From a virus (Duplodnaviria > Caudoviricetes): DNA of 52,371 bases. The notes under the pieces are model-generated. The model saw only the letters and a program-made list of their open reading frames with translations, ran no database searches and was not told the origin of the DNA. The DNA is taken from the IMG/VR virus record IMGVR_UViG_3300033402_000479, positions 1 to 52,371 of that record; one strand, given 5' to 3'. The translations under genes and the position numbers were made by a program. How positions within the stretch are numbered: position 1 is the stretch's first letter; every line of letters begins with the position of its first letter. Positions 9,353 to 17,757 of this stretch are shown here, one piece after another.

Positions 9353-11074
9353 CTACGATTGGTAGTTCTTTACGCGGATCTGCGTCAGAATCTGCTTCGC
9401 GAGCGCGTTGCCGATGAGCGTCGCGCCGTTCTTGTCGAGGTAGTTCCCGCCCTGGATGTAAATGTTGATCTGCTGGCCGCCGAATCCCCCGCCCGCGCCC
9501 GCGAGCGACGAGAGCGGCATGACCGCCTCCGGCCCCTGCTCGCCGATCATGGCGAGGACGGGGTTGTAGACGACGCCGCCGGCCGCGAGCATCGGGATGT
9601 CGGGGATGCTGAAGCCGAGGTCCACGGCGGGCGTCCCGAGCTTCGTTCCTGGAATGGTGATGGCGGGGATGTTGATGTGCAAAGAGTCGAGCGCGTTGAT
9701 GAAAATGTTGATGCCGGAGATGATGTCGTTCACGCCCGACTTGACGGTGTTCTTGATGGTCGCCCACGTGTTGGTGAGCATGTCGCCCATCAGCGTCCAC
9801 CCGTCGTTCCACGCGGCGGCGACGGCCGACATCGAGGAATCGAAGAGGGCCTTGATCCAGTTCCACGTCGTCGTGAAAAAACCCTTGATGGATTCCCAGA
9901 TCGCCTCGATGTCGGCTTCAATGGACTGCCAGTTCGCGATGATGACGGCGGCGAGGAGCGCGACCAGCCCGATGAGCAACGTGAATGGACCGCCCAAGAG
10001 CGCGACGGCTATGGCCACGGTGCCGAAGATGACGAGGAGCGAACCGAGAAGCGTGACGAGGCCGCCGAGGATGCCTACGAAAAGGATGATGGTCTCCGTC
10101 AGCTTCTGGTGCTTCTGCGTCCAATTGTCCACCGCGTCGATGACCTGCACGAGGACGCCGAGGAACTGCGTGAGCATCGGAAGTTGCGTGCTCCCCATGT
10201 CGGAGAGCAGCTTGTTGAAGCTCTGCATCGCCACGGCGACCGAACCCGAGAGGGTCTCCGCGTATGCCTGCGCCTGCCCGTTCACCGCGCCCTGGACGGC
10301 GTTCAGGGCGTCCATGCCGGAGAGCCCGTCCTTGATCTGGATGCCGTAGGTGGCGAGCGCGCGGCCCTGCCCCTCCATGGCGAGGATGACCTGGTTCGTC
10401 GCGGTCCCGAGATCGAGGTTCTTCGCGCGTGCGAGGTCCATCGCGGCCTGGTTCACCTGCATCGCGTCGCTGACGCTCTTGGTGGCCGTGAACGCCTGCT
10501 TAAGGCTGTTGGTGCTGTCCTCGACGGAGAAGCCGAGGGAGACGTTGGCCGTCGCCTGGGCTTCGAGCTGCGCCACGATGGCGGATGCGGACTGCCCGTT
10601 GAGGTTCTGCGAGTTCGTCAGCATGTCGAGCTGCTGCTGGTACTTCGCCATGTTGACCTGGTCGGTCGCTATGTCCGTCGCCGCCTTGGCGTGGGCCGCC
10701 GCGACCGCTTCCGTGGTTCCCGTGTTCTTGTCGAGCGCGGCGTTCGCCTCGTCGATGGAGGATTTATAGCCGTTTATCTTGTCCTGCAAAAACGCGACCT
10801 GGGTCGCGTACGACTGGGTCGAGGTGCCGGCGCCCGCCATGGCGTCCGTCACGGCCTGCTGCAGGCTGTCCTGCGATTCCTGGACGCCGGCGGCGGAGTA
10901 GACGATGCCGCCGTAGGCCGCCTCAAGGGCGGCTCCCATCACGGCGAGCTGCGTTCCGGCCATGAGCGCCTGCTGCCCGACCTGTTGCAGGTTGTTCTGG
11001 GCGCCCGTAAGGGCCGCGGCCGATTCATCGACGGCTTGGATAAGGATTTCGAGAATCGACTGCGTGGTGGCCAT
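9353..11074 (-). CDS. Tape measure protein
   Basis: Ala/Gln-rich helical, AMDLARAK, TM stretch, W-spaced repeats, IPMLAAGGVV...GEQGPEAVMPL C-terminus. Confidence 0.9.
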   Translation of the reverse strand: MATTQSILEILIQAVDESAAALTGAQNNLQQVGQQALMAGTQLAVMGAALEAAYGGIVYSAAGVQESQDSLQQAVTDAMAGAGTSTQSYATQVAFLQDKINGYKSSIDEANAALDKNTGTTEAVAAAHAKAATDIATDQVNMAKYQQQLDMLTNSQNLNGQSASAIVAQLEAQATANVSLGFSVEDSTNSLKQAFTATKSVSDAMQVNQAAMDLARAKNLDLGTATNQVILAMEGQGRALATYGIQIKDGLSGMDALNAVQGAVNGQAQAYAETLSGSVAVAMQSFNKLLSDMGSTQLPMLTQFLGVLVQVIDAVDNWTQKHQKLTETIILFVGILGGLVTLLGSLLVIFGTVAIAVALLGGPFTLLIGLVALLAAVIIANWQSIEADIEAIWESIKGFFTTTWNWIKALFDSSMSAVAAAWNDGWTLMGDMLTNTWATIKNTVKSGVNDIISGINIFINALDSLHINIPAITIPGTKLGTPAVDLGFSIPDIPMLAAGGVVYNPVLAMIGEQGPEAVMPLSSLAGAGGGFGGQQINIYIQGGNYLDKNGATLIGNALAKQILTQIRVKNYQS

Positions 11075-11091
11075 GGATGGAGGGCGAAAGG

Positions 11092-11217
11092 CTACGGGTT
11101 AGATTTGAGCCACTTCTCCAGCGACCTGTTGGCGCGGTTCGCGACGCGAAGGAGCTTCACGACGAACACGACGCCGACGGCGGCGAAGAAGGCGAGCAAG
11201 AAGATGACTGCGGCCAT
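11092..11217 (-). CDS. 41-aa single-TM protein (not in ORF track)
   Basis: MAAVIFLLAFFAAVGVVFVVKLLRVANRANRSLEKWLKSNP*; A-rich leader with AAAGGCCG. Confidence 0.55.
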   Translation of the reverse strand: MAAVIFLLAFFAAVGVVFVVKLLRVANRANRSLEKWLKSNP

Positions 11218-11286
11218 TGATGGTGATGATTTTTGGTTTGCGGCCTTTTGCACTAACACTGCCTCATAATCGGCATTTTGGCAAGG

Positions 11287-11502
11287 TCAGTCCTTGGCGT
11301 TCGCCCGGCGGTTCGCCTCCTCCGCCTCCTCGCGGAGCATGGAGAGTATGGTCTTCACGAACCACGTCGGTTGCGACTGGTATTCCTGCCACGTCCATCC
11401 GTATTCGCGGCAGACGAGGGCCGCCGACTGCACGGGATGAAGCTCGGCGCGCCCCAGGGCGAAGAACTCGTGCCAGCGGAGGTCTTCGCCGTCTAAAAAT
11501 TT
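11287..11502 (-). CDS. Tail assembly chaperone gpT portion, reached by -1 frameshift
   Basis: -1 frame open from A AAT TTT (11502-11496): FLDGEDLRWHEFF...CREYGWTWQEYQSQPTWFV...KD*. Confidence 0.8.
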   Translation of the reverse strand, partial: KFLDGEDLRWHEFFALGRAELHPVQSAALVCREYGWTWQEYQSQPTWFVKTILSMLREEAEEANRRANAKD

Positions 11503-11798
11503 CCGTTGGCGAGGCCCTGGACTTCCTTCAGGATGAACGCCTTCTCGGACGCGGGAAGGTCCTGCATCCGTTCGAATATGTTCTCGGCGCTTCCGTCGAA
11601 CGAGACGACCGCCGCCTCGATGAGCTTGTTGTTCCGCTGGAGCGCCATGACCATCGGTATCTTCGCGTCCTGGCCCGCCTCGCGGTCCTTGAAGAGGTCC
11701 GTGAGCACGGCGTCCACCTCGCGGCCGGTGAGGTAGCTCTTGACCACCGCCTTCCGTCCGCCTGGGGTCGTTATCTCTTTCGTTTCTCTGTCTTCCAT
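11493..11798 (-). CDS. Tail assembly chaperone gpG
   Basis: Between tail tube and TMP; ends GGA AAT TTT TAG. Confidence 0.8.
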   Translation of the reverse strand: MEDRETKEITTPGGRKAVVKSYLTGREVDAVLTDLFKDREAGQDAKIPMVMALQRNNKLIEAAVVSFDGSAENIFERMQDLPASEKAFILKEVQGLANGNF

Positions 11799-11811
11799 GG
11801 TGAGGGTTTTG

Positions 11812-12429
11812 TTATGCTGCTTTTTTCAATGCGACCTTTTTAATTCCGTGTCGTTTTCGATGGCAATCTTCGCAAAGCGTGCGGCCGTTGTTCGTCTGCC
11901 ACAGCGCCTTGCATTTCATGGCGTCTTCGAGCGTTCTGATTCTGTATCGGCGGATGATGTAGGCGAAGGTTGTCGGGTAGTGGTCTGCGTGAAGGTTTCC
12001 GCTACCCCGTTTGCCGCAAAGTCGGCAGGTGAAATCGTCTCGGGTGAATATCTTCCAACGCCACTCGCGGGTCTTCTGACAATGCCTGATGATGAGCATT
12101 ATCGGCGTAACACCGCCCTTCCATGTCCTTGCGAGTCGTCCTCGAAGCGAATGTTTGTGGCGGTTGTCGCACGGGATGCAACGCTTCGAGTAGTATCCGA
12201 TTCGCCTGCCGCAATCAACACAATTCGGCTTTCCGCCTTTCCAATTCGCCGCACAGGGACCTATCCGCCTCCTGCTGGCAACACTCATGCGCTTCTTTGT
12301 CGCCGCCGAGTAAATGCCGCGCTTCCCTTTGTTCCAAGGTTCGGTGCCTTTCTTGGTGGCACTTATCTTTCTTTTCGTCTCCTCTGACCGCTTCTTTCCT
12401 AACCAGTATTGATGTCGGGGTAGTGGCAT
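11812..12429 (-). CDS. NUMOD3 + HNH free-standing homing endonuclease
   Basis: GKKRSEETKRKIS (NUMOD3), WKGG repeats, RDDFTCRLCG..LHADH..NGRTLCEDCH. Confidence 0.85.
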   Translation of the reverse strand: MPLPRHQYWLGKKRSEETKRKISATKKGTEPWNKGKRGIYSAATKKRMSVASRRRIGPCAANWKGGKPNCVDCGRRIGYYSKRCIPCDNRHKHSLRGRLARTWKGGVTPIMLIIRHCQKTREWRWKIFTRDDFTCRLCGKRGSGNLHADHYPTTFAYIIRRYRIRTLEDAMKCKALWQTNNGRTLCEDCHRKRHGIKKVALKKAA

Positions 12430-12452
12430 TACCCTAAGTATGCCACTACCCC
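12417..12452 (-). promoter_or_regulatory. 13-bp hairpin sequestering the HNH start codon
   Basis: GGGGTAGTGGCAT-N10-ATGCCACTACCCC; ATG at 12429 lies in the stem. Confidence 0.75.
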
Positions 12453-12465
12453 AATTCAATGCAAG

Positions 12466-13467
12466 TTAGTAACTCGCGACAGTGTTTGTGAGCACTGCCT
12501 TAATCATCTCCGAGTTAGTCAAGCTGTACGTGGCCTTGAACTTCAAAACTTGGTATGTCAAGTCCTTCGGCGACTTCTTGATGCCGAGTTCGGTGAAGTA
12601 CACCTGGTCGAGCGTGATCGCGAGCGTCGGATGCGACGGCACCACGCCGATGTTCACGTCGGTGTTCACGAGCGCGATGCTCATCGCCTGCGGGACGTTC
12701 GGGGTCGCGAGGAACACGCTCTTGAAGTCCGTCAGGTTCTGGTAGATGCACTCCAGCGTGCCGCTCACCTTGAACTCCTTGTTGAGGTAGTCCGCCGGGG
12801 CGACGCTGCCGAGCACCTCCTGGTCCTCGATGCTCTCGTCGATGGAGAGCTTGAGGCTCTTGAGCTGTATCGCCGTCGCGCTGCCGAGCCCTGCGACGGT
12901 CGTCGCGTACTTGAACGTCATGTACTGCGGGATGAAGACGTTCTCCGCGACGATGGACGGGGTGAACGCGGTCTGCGTGACGCCCTTCTGCGCGCGGCAC
13001 GAGAGCGAGAGCTGGACGAACTTCTTGAGCTGCGCGTCGAGGTCCATCTTGTGGACGACGCCGTTCGCGTGCGAGTAGTCCGTGCCGCCCAAGGGGTCGT
13101 GGATGAAGAACGTGAGCGACTGGTGCTGCGCCGATTCGCCGACGGTGAACGTGTGGTCGTAGACCGTCGTCTCGCCGGAGTGCGCCGCGTGGGCGTACCC
13201 GCCGAAGATCGAATAGAACAGCGGCCCCGCGCTCTGGTCCGTGAGGTGCGCCTTGAAGCTGCCGTCGGCGTAGTTCTTGACGCGGTACTGCGCGACGGAG
13301 TCCTCGACGACGCCGACGGCCGCGTCGTGCGTCACGTTGTCGGCCTTCTCGTCGAAGTCGAGGTCGTCGAACGCCGACCAGTACGAAGCGGCGCTCACCG
13401 CCGTTCCGCGGGTCGTCTCCTTGGCGAATCCCCAGCTGACCAGCCTTCCGATTCCTTTCATACTCAT
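12466..13467 (-). CDS. Major tail tube protein
   Basis: AKETTRGTAV N-terminus, YDHTFT; position upstream of the chaperones. Confidence 0.85.
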   Translation of the reverse strand: MSMKGIGRLVSWGFAKETTRGTAVSAASYWSAFDDLDFDEKADNVTHDAAVGVVEDSVAQYRVKNYADGSFKAHLTDQSAGPLFYSIFGGYAHAAHSGETTVYDHTFTVGESAQHQSLTFFIHDPLGGTDYSHANGVVHKMDLDAQLKKFVQLSLSCRAQKGVTQTAFTPSIVAENVFIPQYMTFKYATTVAGLGSATAIQLKSLKLSIDESIEDQEVLGSVAPADYLNKEFKVSGTLECIYQNLTDFKSVFLATPNVPQAMSIALVNTDVNIGVVPSHPTLAITLDQVYFTELGIKKSPKDLTYQVLKFKATYSLTNSEMIKAVLTNTVASY

Positions 13468-13469
13468 GG

Positions 13470-13730
13470 TTATGCGTTGTTGCTTTCTTTGCTGTCTCCG
13501 ACCTTTTCATCCACCGCTTCGCTTGCTATCGGAACCCGCGTGTTGCGGTGAATCTCCTCCGCCTGCTCGCGGTTCGGAGCCTTCACGCTCATCGGTTTCC
13601 ATACGCCGCCGCCTGGGAAGAAATACTCGTTGATGAGCTGGGAGACCGCCTTTATGGTCGTCGGCATGTCCGCCTTGTTGACGGACTCCGACCCGTCGAT
13701 TATTTTGTTGCTTACGTTCGGAATGTCCAC
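13470..13730 (-). CDS. Hypothetical protein (tail module)
   Basis: 86-aa ORF packed between terminator and tube genes. Confidence 0.6.
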   Translation of the reverse strand: MDIPNVSNKIIDGSESVNKADMPTTIKAVSQLINEYFFPGGGVWKPMSVKAPNREQAEEIHRNTRVPIASEAVDEKVGDSKESNNA

Positions 13731-13752
13731 GGATTTGTGGAGAGGGTTAGTT

Positions 13753-14220
13753 TTATTGGACGCCGGCCTGGACTAGGACCCGCGCTTTAAAAGTACAGTA
13801 AAAAACGACATAAGTCACGCTGTTCGAATTCACAGGGCCGGGGGACTCGATGCTGATGGGATAGACCGCCGCGTTCGCCGTGCCCTGCAAGGTCGCGTCC
13901 ATGTCGAACACCGCGACGATGCCGTCCATCAGGCCTTCGAGATAGGTCGGGTCGTTCTTGGGAATGTTGTCCGGCGTCGTGACGACCATGACGTACCAGG
14001 TGTATTCGCGCGTGTTGCTCGCCTGGTCCTCGAACTGGTCGTCGGTCATCACGGGCGGGATGACGACGGCCACCGGGAAGCCGGGCCACACCCTGTCGAG
14101 CGGGTTGACCTTCGTCAGCTCGTCCGCGAACGCCGAATTGAGGACGCCGGAATCGACGAGCGTCTGGAGGTCCGCGAGGATGGCGTTCTTCATCAGTTGT
14201 CCGGGGGTGAGGTTAGGCAT
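13753..14220 (-). CDS. Putative tail terminator/completion protein
   Basis: Size, position, D.TL.G motif. Confidence 0.65.
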   Translation of the reverse strand: MPNLTPGQLMKNAILADLQTLVDSGVLNSAFADELTKVNPLDRVWPGFPVAVVIPPVMTDDQFEDQASNTREYTWYVMVVTTPDNIPKNDPTYLEGLMDGIVAVFDMDATLQGTANAAVYPISIESPGPVNSNSVTYVVFYCTFKARVLVQAGVQ

Positions 14221-14683
14221 TGGCTTGCGATGCGATCTGCTGGTTTATCCTGTCGAGCGCTCCGACGAAAAGCGTGTCGATGTCGGGCTGGGACGATGCG
14301 ACGATGCGCTCCATGAACGGGTTCGCCTTCGTGCCGGGATGATGGACGAGGGTGCCGAATATGTCGCCCGTCTGCGGGTTCGCGAGGACGCGCGCGTTCA
14401 CGGGCCGGATGATGTGCGGCGCGGTGCCGAATTCGACGTACGGCGCGTACTGCGCCTTCGGATACCACCTGGCCTGAAGCGTTCCGACGTCGAATCCCCA
14501 GTTTTGGACGAGGTATCCCGTCTTGATCGGAACCGTGGTCGCGTTCGTGAATTTCGCCAGGATGGCCTGTGCGGCGACGATGGCGCTCTGGATGAGGGGC
14601 GTCGCGATGGAGGGATAGTCGGCGAGCGCGGCCTGGAGCGCGGGCAGGTTCGGAATCGTCACCTTGAAGGTTGAATTTGGCAT
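14213..14683 (-). CDS. HK97 gp10-family neck protein
   Basis: PIKTGYL, YAPYVEFGT, HPGTKANPFM motifs. Confidence 0.85.
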   Translation of the reverse strand: MPNSTFKVTIPNLPALQAALADYPSIATPLIQSAIVAAQAILAKFTNATTVPIKTGYLVQNWGFDVGTLQARWYPKAQYAPYVEFGTAPHIIRPVNARVLANPQTGDIFGTLVHHPGTKANPFMERIVASSQPDIDTLFVGALDRINQQIASQANA

Positions 14684-15555
14684 CAGAAAATGTTGCCCAC
14701 GCGGGTGTAACGGTCGATGGTGTCGATGTCCATCTGGTCAAGCTGGTTGCGCCACGAGACGGTCGCGCCCTGGATGTTCTCGCTCGCCTTGCCGTCGAGC
14801 GGGAGCCGCTTGAATATGCGGACGGCTATGTTCTCGCAGGTGTTCGTGAGGTCGGCCGGAAGCTGGTGCGTCGTGCCGTTGCCGGCGTTCTGCCAGTCCA
14901 CGGGGAACCCGGCGACGTAGGTCGCGCGGAGCATGTTGTTGTAGATCCGCGGCATCACGCCGTAGACCCGGACGATGCCCGCATACCCCTGCTGGTCGAG
15001 CTCGTACTGGTCCGGCAAAAAGCTGAACCACGACGGATTGGACGGCGTGCCCGGCCGCCACTGGAAGCTCATGAGGCCGGACATCTCGAACGGGACGGCG
15101 TTCTGCGTCACCTGCGCGGGCTGGCTCATCGTGACGGAGCTTCCCGAGACGGATACGACGGTCGTCCCCTGCGGGAAATATCCCGTGATGTTGTAGAGCT
15201 GCATCCCGGCGACGATGCCGACGCTCGGAGTGACGTTTGTCACCACGGCGGAGCCGGTCGTGAGGTTGCCGGTGACGATGAGATAGGTCACGGGGGCGTT
15301 GCGGAGGAGCAGATAGCTCTGCTTGGTGCCGCGGACGGTGTAGACCTCGTTCACGTACGTCTTTTGGACGAAATGGCCGTCGTTCGGGAACCGTTCGAGC
15401 CCGCTCTTGCCGCACGCCCGTTCGATGAGGTCCGTCGCGGCGTTCACGACGCGCGTCAACACCGCATCACTGTCGTTGATTTTGATGTTCAAACGGTCCT
15501 TGACCCGCTGGACGGTCGTGAGGGCGTATGGCGATACGGTTTCCTGCTGTGTCAT
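14683..15555 (-). CDS. Head-tail connector (gp6/gp15-like) with inserted beta domain
   Basis: LTTVQRVKDRL..AATDLIE..TYVAGF..LPADL motifs. Confidence 0.75.
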   Translation of the reverse strand: MTQQETVSPYALTTVQRVKDRLNIKINDSDAVLTRVVNAATDLIERACGKSGLERFPNDGHFVQKTYVNEVYTVRGTKQSYLLLRNAPVTYLIVTGNLTTGSAVVTNVTPSVGIVAGMQLYNITGYFPQGTTVVSVSGSSVTMSQPAQVTQNAVPFEMSGLMSFQWRPGTPSNPSWFSFLPDQYELDQQGYAGIVRVYGVMPRIYNNMLRATYVAGFPVDWQNAGNGTTHQLPADLTNTCENIAVRIFKRLPLDGKASENIQGATVSWRNQLDQMDIDTIDRYTRVGNIF

Positions 15556-15631
15556 TGATGCGAGGTTGTTCCTCGCTTCGTGGCGCATACCTCACCGGGA
15601 TGCGCCACGCGTGCGAAGAATCGAATACCGG

Positions 15632-16282
15632 CTAGGTGTTCGAAACGTTCGTGTTCGTCGGGAGCTGCTGCGGAGGTCCGCCCTGGACGATCTCGGCGAT
15701 GACTGCGCACGCGGGGGTGGTGCCGCCCGTGTAGGTCGGCGTGACCACCGCACGGAGGTACCGCTTGCGGTTGAGGCCGAGGCCTTCGATGCGGGCTGCG
15801 CCGTCCGTCGTGAAGCTGAGCGTCGTGCCGGTCTGGTTCGACGTGGCGTTCACGCTCAGCGTGATCGTGGTCGTGCCGACCGCCGTCACCACCGCGCCGG
15901 TGGACGGAAGGCCCGTGCCGGTGACGATGGAGCCGACGGTGATGCCGGTGACGCTCGACATGGACGTGACGGTGTTCGACCCGTTGGTCGTGTTCCCGGT
16001 CGCGCCGATGAGCGGCGTCAGCGTGAAACCGATGGCCGTGCTCGTGTTGTCGAGCGCGTTGGTCCACGTGGCGTTGTCGGACGCCTCCTGCAGGACGAAG
16101 ACCAGGCTTGCCGCCGTCGGGGCCGAGCCGCCGCCCGGAACGCCCACGGACACGCGGAGCACCGCGTCGGTCATGCCGAGCGTGTCGATGCCGACGCCGT
16201 TGATGGCGCTGGAACCGGTGACGCTCTGGATGATGCTCGCCGAACCGATGAGCTTGACGTTATCGTAAATGCTTCCTCTCAT
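15632..16282 (-). CDS. Putative capsid decoration/cement protein
   Basis: Directly after the capsid gene; LQEASDNATW and KRYLRAV motifs. Confidence 0.6.
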   Translation of the reverse strand: MRGSIYDNVKLIGSASIIQSVTGSSAINGVGIDTLGMTDAVLRVSVGVPGGGSAPTAASLVFVLQEASDNATWTNALDNTSTAIGFTLTPLIGATGNTTNGSNTVTSMSSVTGITVGSIVTGTGLPSTGAVVTAVGTTTITLSVNATSNQTGTTLSFTTDGAARIEGLGLNRKRYLRAVVTPTYTGGTTPACAVIAEIVQGGPPQQLPTNTNVSNT

Positions 16283-16432
16283 GTTCGTTTGATGTTGGCC
16301 CCTGCCTTCCTTCGACTTTAATCGGAAGGGACGGAACGCTCTCGCGTTTCGACGGGCGGTTTATTGGGAAACCTCGCGCCTCCGTCATGGATTCCCTAGG
16401 AAAAGGGGAAACGCGGACGGAGGCTTGCGCCG

Positions 16433-17734
16433 CTAGGACGCCGAGGTGTAGACGACGGTGAACGCTTTCGGAAGCACGACCACGAGCGCGTGGCGGTGCT
16501 TGTAGACGATGCCGGTCTGGTCCGAGAGGCCGAGTTCCTTCCCGGCCCACACGCCCGACTGGAAGTCGCCGACGCGGATGTCGCCCTTGTCGCCGAACGC
16601 CATGGCCTTCAGGTTGCCGAAGATCATGAACGGTGTGTTCGCCTGCGTCGCGATGGTCGTCGCGGGGAGCCAGCGGTTGGTCAGGACGGGGAAGCCCATC
16701 ATGTGACCGGCCGGCCGGATCGGTCCGCCGAGCGGGTCCTTTTCGAGACCCGACTGGTTGGCCGCGAACGCGCCGAAGAAGAGGAACGGAAGGCCCGAGG
16801 TCGAAGCGAGCTGGGAGGCTATCGAGGCCCAGACGGTGCGGTGCATGTACCACGCACAGCCGTCCAGGACCGATTCCTCCACGGTCGCCACGACGTTCGC
16901 TGCGTCCGTCACCGGATTGAACTTCGCGTAGGTGGTTCCGCCGCTCGCCAGCGTGTACGTGTTCGGCGAACCGTTCGGCAAACCGAGGATGCCCTGGAAC
17001 GGACCGGTATAGGTCGTGCTGGTGCCGGAGGTGGAACCGTTGATGGTCGCGCCGCCGACGAAGCCCTGCTGGTCGATCATGTTCGCCAGCGCCTCGCCCG
17101 CCATCGCAAGGAGCCACTCGCCGAGCTGAACGGAGGCGTCGGCCAGAAGGTCGTTGCCCACGACGAACGGGAGCTGCCACTTGCGCGCGATGAGGACGGC
17201 CTGCCCGAAGGTAAGGCCCTGGACGGTCGAAGGAATGTCCACGCCGACGTACTGTCCCGTGAGGAACGCGCCGGTGTAGTTCGGAATGCCGAGTTCGTCG
17301 GTCTTCATGGGCCACTTCTGGGCCTGCTTCATGATGGTACCGACGGAGGCGGCGATACGGAGGATGGCAGCCGCAACTTCCGGCTGCACGAGATAACCAC
17401 CACGGTTATCCTGTTCCTCAATCAAAGCTTCGTTCGCCTTGGTCATCACGCCGTCAATCGTTCCGCCGGTCTTCGTCTCCAGGATGCGGAGCGCCTTGCC
17501 CCGCTGTCCGGAGAACGTGGCGATGACCTGCGCCGCGAAGTCCTTCTTCTGTTCGCCCGTGAGGCCCGTGATATCCGTGCCCTTGACGGCACGTTCCGCC
17601 ATCATCGTCTCGACGACTTGGCGGGCGGTCTTTTTGGAAGCCTCCTCCAACGTCGGAAACGCCTTCTCGATCGCATCGAGAGTCGTCTTGGCAACGGTGT
17701 CGGACACCGCCGTCAAGAGTTTTTCGTTATCCAT
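16433..17734 (-). CDS. HK97-fold major capsid protein
   Basis: GGYLVQPE, DLLADA, WYMH, G.PV, IFGNL motifs. Confidence 0.92.
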   Translation of the reverse strand: MDNEKLLTAVSDTVAKTTLDAIEKAFPTLEEASKKTARQVVETMMAERAVKGTDITGLTGEQKKDFAAQVIATFSGQRGKALRILETKTGGTIDGVMTKANEALIEEQDNRGGYLVQPEVAAAILRIAASVGTIMKQAQKWPMKTDELGIPNYTGAFLTGQYVGVDIPSTVQGLTFGQAVLIARKWQLPFVVGNDLLADASVQLGEWLLAMAGEALANMIDQQGFVGGATINGSTSGTSTTYTGPFQGILGLPNGSPNTYTLASGGTTYAKFNPVTDAANVVATVEESVLDGCAWYMHRTVWASIASQLASTSGLPFLFFGAFAANQSGLEKDPLGGPIRPAGHMMGFPVLTNRWLPATTIATQANTPFMIFGNLKAMAFGDKGDIRVGDFQSGVWAGKELGLSDQTGIVYKHRHALVVVLPKAFTVVYTSAS

Positions 17735-17757
17735 TGATATGGAGATTTGGGATAGGT

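Noticed and set aside
8231-11269. 1012-aa plus-strand ORF
   Set aside because: Antisense to the TMP and hub genes; Arg/Gly-rich shadow composition
11278-11496. 72-aa ORF as second tail chaperone
   Set aside because: Wrong frame; the gpT-like sequence is in the -1 frame ending at 11287
11812-12459. Group I intron around the HNH gene
   Set aside because: Flanking genes are complete with their own start and stop; no room for an intron core
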